32,000 nt of DNA, taken from assembly GCA_963705105.1 (NCBI GenBank), contig CAVPIW010000006.1:639332-671331 (forward strand). Direction: 5' to 3'. Below are positions 26,701-32,000 of the stretch, piece after piece. The DNA is from an uncultured Nitrospiraceae bacterium. GTDB lineage: Bacteria > Nitrospirota > Thermodesulfovibrionia > Thermodesulfovibrionales > Dissulfurispiraceae. The position numbers and the translations under genes were made by a program. How positions within the stretch are numbered: the first letter of the stretch is position 1; each line of letters begins with the position of its first letter. The notes under the pieces were generated by a model, which did no database searches, was not told the origin of the DNA, and worked only from the letters and a program-made list of their open reading frames with translations.

Positions 26701-29526
26701 GGTTACGCCATTTCCGGCGACCTCCCGATCGTGCTGTTGCAGATCGGAGACCCGGCCAACATCGACCTGGTGCGCCAGCTCGTCCAGGCCCACGCATACT
26801 GGCGTCTCAAAGGACTGGAAGTGGACCTCGTGATCTGGAACGAGGATCACGCCGGCTACCGGCAGGTCCTGCAGGAGCAGATCATGGGACTCATTGCCGC
26901 AGGCGTCGAGGCGAACGTGATGGATCGACCGGGCGGCATCTTCGTGAGACCTGCAGACCAGATATCGGGCGAGGACCGCATCCTGTTTCAGACGGTCAGC
27001 CGCGCCATCATCACCGACACACTCGGCCCGCTCGCGGACCAGATCAATCGCCGCAGTATTATGCCGCTTGCAGTACCGCGCCTTGCCCCGACCGGGAGCC
27101 CCCGCACAGAATCTGCGACTGCCGGGGCGATGACCCGCAGCGATCTGCTGTTCTTCAACGGACTCGGTGGATTCACCCCTGACGGCCACGAGTACATCAT
27201 CACGACGGCCCGCGAACAGGTGACGCCGGCGCCCTGGGTGAATGTGATCGCCAACGCGCACTTCGGAACGGTTGTTTCGGAAAGCGGAGGCGCGTACACC
27301 TGGAGCGAGAATGCCCATGAGTTCCGCCTCACCCCCTGGTGCAACGATCCGGTCAGCGATGCTGGCGGAGAAGCTTTTTACCTCCGCGATGAAGAGAGCG
27401 GCCTCTTCTGGTCCCCTTCGCCGCTGCCGGGCCGGGGGGCGATGCATTACGTCAGCCGCCATGGATTCGGCTACAGTGTCTTTGAACATACGGAGGACGG
27501 CATAAGATCAGAGATGTGGATTTACGTGGCGATGGATGCGTCGGTCAAGTTGACGGTATTGAAGGTAAGAAACGAATCGGGCCGGTCCCGCCGGCTCTCG
27601 GCCACCGGGTATGTGGAATTGGTGCTGGGAGATCTGCGGCAGAAAACGGCAATGCATGTGAGCACCGAAATCGACCCCAAAACAGGCGCGCTTTTCTGCC
27701 GGAACCCGTACAACACGGAGTTTGCCGGGCGGACCGCCTTCTTCGACACCGATGAGACGACCCGCACCGTGAGCGGCGACCGGACGGAGTTCCTTGGCCG
27801 TAACGGCACGCTCCGGAGCCCGGAGGCGATGACCGGCGCGTGGCTTTCAGGCAGGGTGGGGGCCGCCCTGGACCCCTGCGCCGCTATCCAGGTCCCCTTC
27901 GATCTTGCCGACGGGCAGGAGCGGGAGATCATCTTCAGGCTTGGCGTGGGACGGGATTCATTTGAGGCCGGCCAACTGGTACACCGCTTCCGCGGATCTG
28001 CCGCCGCGCGCGGGGCGCTCGAAAAGGTCTGGCAGCACTGGAATCACACCCTCGGAGCGGTGCAGGTTGAAACACCGGACCAGTCCGTCAATGTACTGGC
28101 CAACGGGTGGCTCTTATATCAAACTCTGGCCTGTCGTCTTTGGGCGCGGAGCGGATACTACCAGTCCGGGGGCGCCTTCGGCTTCCGCGACCAGTTGCAG
28201 GACGTGATGGCGCTTATCCACTCCGAGCCCTCGCTCGTGCGCGAACACCTCCTGCTCTGCGCAGCCCGTCAGTTCAGGGAGGGAGACGTCCAGCACTGGT
28301 GGCATCCCCCTTCAGGACGGGGCGTGCGCACACACTGTTCGGACGACCTTCTCTGGTTGCCCCTGGCTGTGTGCCGTTATGTGCTGACGACCGGAGACAC
28401 GGGAGTGCTGGATGAAACCGTCCGCTTCATCGAGGGCCGGCCGGTAAACAAGGACGAGGACTCGTATTACGATCTTCCCCACGCGTCCGAAGAGACGGCG
28501 AGTTTGTACGATCACTGTGTGCGGGCCATTCTGGGGGGCCTCAGCCGCGGCGAACACGGATTGCCCCTCATCGGCTCGGGTGATTGGAACGACGGCATGA
28601 ACATGGTGGGCGCTCACGGCAGGGGTGAGAGCGTTTGGCTGGCATTCTTCCTTTATAAAGTGCTCATGGAGTTCTGCGGGATTGCCCGTCTGCACGGTGA
28701 TCCGCCCTTTGCCGAACGCTGCCGGGAGGAAGCTGCTCAACTGCTCAGAAGTATCGAAGAGCATGGCTGGGACGGCGAGTGGTACCGGCGCGCCTACTTT
28801 GATGACGGCTCCCCCCTGGGTTCGGCAGGCAATCCCGAATGCCGGATCGACTCCATAGCGCAGAGCTGGTCCGTTCTCTCCGGCGCCGGGGATGCCGGAC
28901 GCTCGCAGACGGCAATGGAAGCGGTGGACAGGCGCCTTGTTCGACGGGACCATGGCCTTATCCAGCTCCTCGATCCGCCCTTCGACACATCGGATCTGAA
29001 TCCCGGCTATATAAAGGGATACGTCCCGGGTGTACGGGAGAACGGGGGGCAATACACGCATGCGGCGATCTGGACGGTGATGGCCTTTGCCGCGTTGGGC
29101 GACCGCAGTCGCGCATGGGAACTGCTGGCAATGATCAACCCGGTGAACCATGGGAGGACCAGGGAGGAAACAGCGACGTATAAAGTTGAACCCTACGTCG
29201 TCGCTGCCGACGTCTATGCGGTCTCGCCGCATACCGGCCGCGGCGGATGGACATGGTACACGGGATCGGCAGGCTGGATGTACAGGCTTATCCTTGAATC
29301 ACTCCTTGGGCTGAGGCGCGAAGGAGACAGGCTACGTTTCACGCCCTGTCTGCCCGGGGACTGGGAAGCGTTCAGTGTGCATTACCGGTACGGGGAGACC
29401 GTCTATCACATCAACGTTCTTCAACGGGGCGGCGGCAGTGCAGCGGGTGTGACCGTCGATGGCGCTAATACCCTGATAGGCACGTTCGTCCGGCAACTGG
29501 CTGCACGCCTCAGGTTGACCGGCTGA
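20779..29526 (+). CDS. ndvB: Cyclic beta-1,2-glucan synthase (NdvB/ChvB/Cgs family: GT84 + central domain + GH94 phosphorylase-like domain)
   Basis: 2,915-aa ORF. GT84-type motifs: [11 protein letters not shown] and [10 protein letters not shown], within a multi-TM region. GH94-type C-terminal motifs: [16 protein letters not shown]...[26 protein letters not shown]...[17 protein letters not shown]. The true start is uncertain: TTG 20779, or ATG 20794, 20848 or 20887, the last with the best SD-like GGTGAG. Confidence 0.9.
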   Translation: MPSSCMDNKVRRPLSYRKPLAFRMKETSRLKVRDKTMLGSLPLLRAGFREADLAEKCAVCEPPLRSELFSSDQMEQHGKTLAGLHKLSPLYPPDQLLARLAENEGILTGTRRLLTEAVATGRRITPAGDWLLDNFYLIEEQIRTARRHLPKGYSRELPRLRDGLSAGLPRVYDIALETISHSDGRIDPQSLSKFVAAYQTVTVLKLGELWAIPIMLRLALIENLRRVGARIAADRLDRNQADYWADRITEIAGKDPKSLILVMADMARSDPPLKSAFVAEFARRLQGRGPALAMPLTWIEQRLLECSLTIEHLVQSENQQQAADQVSMSNSIGSLRFLGMMDWREFVETMSIVEQTLRDDTGGTYGRMDFSTRDRYRHVVEKMAKSGRLSEDEVAAEAVRLAHESAAGKDGGQGGDDRAAHVGYYLIDKGLPRLEELAQLRLSVSGALRKVGSRFPLLLYLGAITFMTAIFTGGLLAKAYADGLPLWLLVTTGILSALCASQLALAVVNWLATLLVIPLPLPRMDFSKGIPPESRTLTIVPTMLTNAQGIEDLIEGLEVRFLANRDDNLHFGLLTDFQDAAEETLPEDEPLLLLARQRIEGLNEKYGNTKGDRFFLFHRPRRWNARDRVWMGYERKRGKLAALNAFLRGRKDDGTDGLSGNPFSLVVGNTEILSDVKYVITLDTDTQLPRDAARQFVGTMAHPLNRAHYDEGRQRVVAGYGILQPRVAVSLPGTNRSRYARLYGSDPGIDPYTRAVSDVYQDVFGEGSFTGKGIYDVDAFERTLGGRFPDNRILSHDLIEGCYARAGLLSDVMVYEEYPSRYSADVSRRHRWIRGDWQLLRWLLPAVPGPEGLRQKNPLSLLSRWKLFDNLRRSLAPSALILLLLLGWAVMSSPWFWTLSVMGIIFIPSLITSVLDLLKKPDDIHFAQHLPDVGRSTAGRLVQVVFTLACLPYEAFFSLDAIVRTTWRMLVARKRLLEWSPSGDADKNTRSSRMGGLAGVCRTMWFAPLLASAAIVCLALSNPAALGAAVPILLLWFASPVIAWRISMPLSRKEAGLMPDQTAFLQKLSRKTWAFFETFVGPEEHWLPPDNFQEHPAPAVAHRTSPTNMGLSLLANLSAYDFGYISMGQLIERTTRALSTMEALERYEGHFYNWYDTQSLNPLPPRYVSTVDSGNLAGHLLTLRQGLLELPDRTVLGPRVFEGLRDTLWALLEAVAEERLGGAVFAVLGQLETDLEEACSVPPAEPAAARLRLEQLARQAEEAFSSIVMRGGGQENQAGWWASAFAGQCRDALGELTLLAPSSAPGIDGIPTLRALADMGNGPAAERIRAIEKLVLHSGELSRMQYDFLLDRSSHLLAIGYNVDDRRRDASYYDLLASEARLCTFVAIAQGQVPQESWFALGRLLTNIGGEPILVSWSGSMFEYLMPLLVMPAYERTLLDETCKAAVARQIEYGRKRGVPWGISESGYNTIDAHLNYQYRAFGVPGLGLKRGLADDLVIAPYASALALMVAPEEACLNMQRLAAEGREGIFGFYEAIDYTPSRLPHRQSSVVIRSFMAHHMGMSFLSLAYLLLDRPMQKRFESDPLFQATTLLLQERVPRAAGFHPQTADLSVSQTAATAEETSVRFFNSPDTPFPQVQLLSNGRYHVMITNAGGGYSRWKDIAITRWREDSTCDDWGTFCYIREVASGEFWSAAYQPALKGSRHYEAIFSEGRAEFRRRDHDFETHTEIAVSPEDDIELRRITITNRGRTRREIDVTSYAEVVLASPAADMLHPAFSNLFVQTEIIGHRQAILCTRRPRSVEEHSPWMFHLMAVHGTETGEVSYETDRLRFIGRGNTVADPQALSGPAASEKTGGSAALSGSEGSVLDPIVAIRYRIVLDPEKSATINIVTGIGETRDICMGLVEKYQDRYLADRVFELAWTHSQVLLRQINATESDAQLYGRLAGAVIYANSSLRADPGVLITNRRGQSGLWGYAISGDLPIVLLQIGDPANIDLVRQLVQAHAYWRLKGLEVDLVIWNEDHAGYRQVLQEQIMGLIAAGVEANVMDRPGGIFVRPADQISGEDRILFQTVSRAIITDTLGPLADQINRRSIMPLAVPRLAPTGSPRTESATAGAMTRSDLLFFNGLGGFTPDGHEYIITTAREQVTPAPWVNVIANAHFGTVVSESGGAYTWSENAHEFRLTPWCNDPVSDAGGEAFYLRDEESGLFWSPSPLPGRGAMHYVSRHGFGYSVFEHTEDGIRSEMWIYVAMDASVKLTVLKVRNESGRSRRLSATGYVELVLGDLRQKTAMHVSTEIDPKTGALFCRNPYNTEFAGRTAFFDTDETTRTVSGDRTEFLGRNGTLRSPEAMTGAWLSGRVGAALDPCAAIQVPFDLADGQEREIIFRLGVGRDSFEAGQLVHRFRGSAAARGALEKVWQHWNHTLGAVQVETPDQSVNVLANGWLLYQTLACRLWARSGYYQSGGAFGFRDQLQDVMALIHSEPSLVREHLLLCAARQFREGDVQHWWHPPSGRGVRTHCSDDLLWLPLAVCRYVLTTGDTGVLDETVRFIEGRPVNKDEDSYYDLPHASEETASLYDHCVRAILGGLSRGEHGLPLIGSGDWNDGMNMVGAHGRGESVWLAFFLYKVLMEFCGIARLHGDPPFAERCREEAAQLLRSIEEHGWDGEWYRRAYFDDGSPLGSAGNPECRIDSIAQSWSVLSGAGDAGRSQTAMEAVDRRLVRRDHGLIQLLDPPFDTSDLNPGYIKGYVPGVRENGGQYTHAAIWTVMAFAALGDRSRAWELLAMINPVNHGRTREETATYKVEPYVVAADVYAVSPHTGRGGWTWYTGSAGWMYRLILESLLGLRREGDRLRFTPCLPGDWEAFSVHYRYGETVYHINVLQRGGGSAAGVTVDGANTLIGTFVRQLAARLRLTG

Positions 29527-29564
29527 AAAGCTCGTAGAGCCGGCGATTGAGATCCTGATCGAAG
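29479..29564. repeat. 86-bp direct repeat, copy 1 (contains the last 15 codons and stop of the glucan synthase gene)
   Basis: 85/86 identical to 31008-31093, with a single A/G difference at 29496 versus 31025. The offset is exactly 1,529 bp. Confidence 0.95.
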
Positions 29565-29810
29565 ATTGAACAGCCCGACACGGCAATTTCCCTTGCTGAC
29601 GACCATCAGGAACATTCAGTTGAGGTGAGAATACCCGGCTTGTAAACCTGCCGCGCCTGTTTTCCTTAACGCTGCAAAAACGACAGGAAAAGGCGGATGG
29701 ACACCATTTCAGGCCAACATGGATAACACAACGGAAGATTTGAGGAGCCGTCCGAAGTCGTGGCTGATCGATATAGTGGAAGAGGAAGGGACGATACATG
29801 AACTCCGTTC

Positions 29811-30857
29811 TTGACTGTAATACCACCGTCTGGTAGTGTACAAGTAGTGCTTGCTGTCCCTGCAATGGGTGACGGCGCGTCAGTTTATTCTTACCTTTGG
29901 GGAAAGGTGAGGAGGCATATCATAAAGACCGGTTCCGTCGTCGAGAAGTTTTTTGTCCCCTGTCGGGAGGACGAACACCTGCATGCCGTTTTGTTCTTGC
30001 CGCCGAGCGGAAAACCGGAACGGTTGATTTTCGTCGTTCCCCTCGTCGGATCTCGAGCATCCCAGCAGATAATCAACTTCCGCTCCTTTGTAAGAAGGCA
30101 TTCAGCCCTTTTGTCATTCGAATACCGTGGGCATGGCTTGTCCTCCGGGACATTCAACATGGAGAAAAGCCGCGAGGACACGATCGTCATGCTGCAGTGG
30201 GCGATAGATTATGCGCGCGGGCACGGAATCCCCCTGCATGCGATGTCCACGTGTTACAGCACCCTGAGTCTTCTGTCATGCTTCAGGGAAGGGGCCGGGG
30301 ACCACGGCATAACGACGATAGGCGCGATTTCCGGCCTTGTGGATACGCGCCGCATTTTGAGTTACCAGGGTTTCGCTGGCTTCTACGAGATGCATACCGA
30401 CCAGCCTCCCCTTGACGCAGGTGAATTCTTTCAAAGTCTTGAAGAGGGCGTTATCGATCACGGGAGCGCCTCTTTCAGACAGGCCCTCTGTATGTACATG
30501 AGGGACTTGTTCCCGGAGCTCAGGATCACGCATGATTCGTTCGAGGAGCTCCAGTATTCCCGCGTAGACCATATTGCTACATTGAGACAGTTCCATACGT
30601 TTGATCCCCTGAAGGGCATCAGGGTTCCGGAAGAGGTTCCCTGCCTTTTCTACTATGGTGTCAACGACGATCTCATGGAATTGACGACGCCCGAAGGGAG
30701 AGCACGGTACACGTCACAGATAAAGGCGCTGGTTCCACAGGCAGAGATTCGGTGGGGAAATTTTGATCATTTCGGCAGGGGAGCGGACAGAGACCGTGTC
30801 CTGCAACGGTTCTGCGATTTTTTTGAGATGAATGAGCACACTGGGGTCATAGTCTGA
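29811..30857 (+). CDS. Alpha/beta-hydrolase-fold protein with an atypical nucleophile elbow; start uncertain
   Basis: 'LSFEYRGHGLSSG' and a C-terminal 'NDD...FDHFG' fit an alpha/beta hydrolase. The nucleophile position reads A-M-S-T-C instead of G-x-S-x-G. The track start is TTG 29811, inside a TTGACT-N17-TAGTGT promoter-like motif, so ATG 29865 or later may be the real start. Confidence 0.6.
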   Translation: MTVIPPSGSVQVVLAVPAMGDGASVYSYLWGKVRRHIIKTGSVVEKFFVPCREDEHLHAVLFLPPSGKPERLIFVVPLVGSRASQQIINFRSFVRRHSALLSFEYRGHGLSSGTFNMEKSREDTIVMLQWAIDYARGHGIPLHAMSTCYSTLSLLSCFREGAGDHGITTIGAISGLVDTRRILSYQGFAGFYEMHTDQPPLDAGEFFQSLEEGVIDHGSASFRQALCMYMRDLFPELRITHDSFEELQYSRVDHIATLRQFHTFDPLKGIRVPEEVPCLFYYGVNDDLMELTTPEGRARYTSQIKALVPQAEIRWGNFDHFGRGADRDRVLQRFCDFFEMNEHTGVIV

Positions 30858-31007
30858 GGCTGGTCCTGCGCTGCAAAGAAAGGACGCGGCGGAGGCTACT
30901 CAAGACTCCATCCAGGACCTCACACTGCCAACAGGTCAGAGTTCCTGAGTTTTTTCAATTGGACGCCGCATCGTGCATCAGCTGCAGCCGTGGCTGATGC
31001 CCCGCCG

Positions 31008-31093
31008 GGCACGTTCGTCCGGCAGCTGGCTGCACGCCTCAGGTTGACCGGCTGAAAAGCTCGTAGAGCCGGCGATTGAGATCCTGATCGAAG
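31008..31093. repeat. 86-bp direct repeat, copy 2 (contains the last 17 codons and stop of the DUF362 gene on the minus strand)
   Basis: See copy 1. It covers 31 nt downstream of the stop at 31039-31041 and 55 nt of DUF362 coding sequence. Confidence 0.95.
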
Positions 31094-32000
31094 GTTCCGT
31101 CTTTTATCTTCTGGAAAAAAAGATCCGTGATCGGGTCCGCGAGCAATCGGAGAAACTTTTTGGCGAGGCTTGGGTCCCTGTACTGGAACTTTGGGTCCAT
31201 GTAGGCGAAGACGGAGTAAATCAGGTTCCCGAAATAGTAGTGTCTATCCATCCCCGTGAAGAGAAACGGCGGAAAGACATCGGGCACGTTCTCCCAGACG
31301 GGATAGACGGATCGGTCTCCCACCAGATTGATCTCAGGTTTTCCGAAGGCCTCCACCGCCAGCTTCATGTAGTCGCTCACCATAGGGTCCAGCCCCATCT
31401 TCTCGGCACCTATCCAGTCGGCTGCGACGATGTCCTCACTGCCGATGATAGTCTCTGTCTCATTCGGGTCCTTGTCGGCGAAGACCCCGAAGGGACCGTC
31501 GGCGCTTCGAAAGGCGTCAATGAAACCAAAGTGGATAGGGAACTGCCTTATGAATTCTATGGCGGTCGAAAAGATGTCTCTCTCATGATGATACTCGAGA
31601 AACTTGTCCTCCATGGGCAGCGCGCCGTAGATATTCTTGATCGTCAGGGTGTAATAGGCGTAGGCATGCGTTTTGTTCTTGGCGAAGGAGATGCGAAAGT
31701 CCGCCTTTCGCCACTCCCGGTTGACATAGTGTGTGCCCAGTTTCCCGGAATAGCGGTACTCCTCGAGGTCCTCCGAGAGATCGATGATGCGGTAATTCTT
31801 CCCCGTCAATCCGATGTATTCGGCCACTGTCCTGACTTCCCGGTTCGTGAAGAACGTGCCGTACGTGCTCCTTGCCTCGCCGACGGCGAGGTTCCGGTAC
31901 CCGCGCTCGTACATCCTGTCAAGAAGATATTCGACCAATTCGGGGTCTGCGTAGGTCGTAGGGTCTTTTGTGGAATACATGAACATGAAGTTCGGCTTCA
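31039..32000 (-). CDS. DUF362-domain protein, 5'-truncated by the window edge
   Basis: The frame stays open upstream of ATG 31986 to the window end, reading ...KPNFMFMYS. 'IKPN' is the typical DUF362 N-terminal motif as I remember it. The product is conserved-looking and non-repetitive. Confidence 0.78.
   Translation of the reverse strand, partial: KPNFMFMYSTKDPTTYADPELVEYLLDRMYERGYRNLAVGEARSTYGTFFTNREVRTVAEYIGLTGKNYRIIDLSEDLEEYRYSGKLGTHYVNREWRKADFRISFAKNKTHAYAYYTLTIKNIYGALPMEDKFLEYHHERDIFSTAIEFIRQFPIHFGFIDAFRSADGPFGVFADKDPNETETIIGSEDIVAADWIGAEKMGLDPMVSDYMKLAVEAFGKPEINLVGDRSVYPVWENVPDVFPPFLFTGMDRHYYFGNLIYSVFAYMDPKFQYRDPSLAKKFLRLLADPITDLFFQKIKDGTFDQDLNRRLYELFSRST

Noticed and set aside
30858-31055. 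Open plus-strand frame running into repeat copy 2 and ending ...[15 protein letters not shown], considered as a relic of a second glucan-synthase 3' end.
   Set aside because: Upstream of the repeat the translation (GWSCAAKKGRGGGYSRLHPGPHTANRSEF...) bears no resemblance to the GH94 C-terminus. The frame is open only because the repeat was duplicated.
1-32000. Search for tRNA, rRNA, transposase, integrase or toxin-antitoxin genes.
   Set aside because: By eye I found no T-loop/acceptor-like tRNA signatures, no rRNA-like segments and no ORFs with DDE, tyrosine or serine recombinase motifs. A covariance-model scan would be needed to exclude small RNAs formally.

Overview
GC-rich bacterial chromosomal window with about 22 protein-coding genes. 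I saw no rRNA, tRNA, CRISPR array, transposase or integrase. Gene content and apparent selenocysteine use hint at an anaerobic, deltaproteobacteria-like lineage, but the taxon cannot be fixed from this sequence alone.

Gene order, left to right:
- DUF445 protein (5'-partial)
- Cys-rich PAS sensor
- a pair of YeeE/YedE sulfur-transporter halves
- small exported protein
- LysE exporter
- a minus-strand operon: rsmI, ABC ATPase, ABC-2 permease, NapH-like membrane polyferredoxin
- ferritin-like diiron protein
- nadE plus a small secreted protein
- orphan GAF histidine kinase
- NRDE/TANGO2-like protein
- frameshifted VIT+vWA protein
- Thr-rich secreted protein
- PBP1A
- a 2,915-aa cyclic beta-1,2-glucan synthase (GT84 + GH94)
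- alpha/beta-hydrolase
- DUF362 protein (5'-partial)

Main observations that the ORF track does not explain:
1. The first YeeE/YedE half ends at an in-frame TGA exactly where the family's invariant Cys sits. It continues in frame with family-like sequence, has a SECIS-like hairpin downstream, and ends in an ATGA overlap with its partner. This is a strong selenoprotein candidate.
2. A mosaic family of palindromic and short-tandem-repeat modules fills almost every long intergenic gap between 9.0 and 14.7 kb, with fragments at 1.98 kb and 4.5 kb. It includes a roughly 140-nt inverted pair bracketing nadE and the kinase, and a 42-nt identical module after two stop codons.
3. An 86-bp direct repeat (85/86 identical) flanks a 1,443-bp hydrolase-bearing segment. 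Each copy supplies the 3' end of one of two convergent genes.
4. A one-nucleotide frameshift splits the VIT+vWA gene.

Most long antisense ORFs in the track are GC-driven shadow ORFs.
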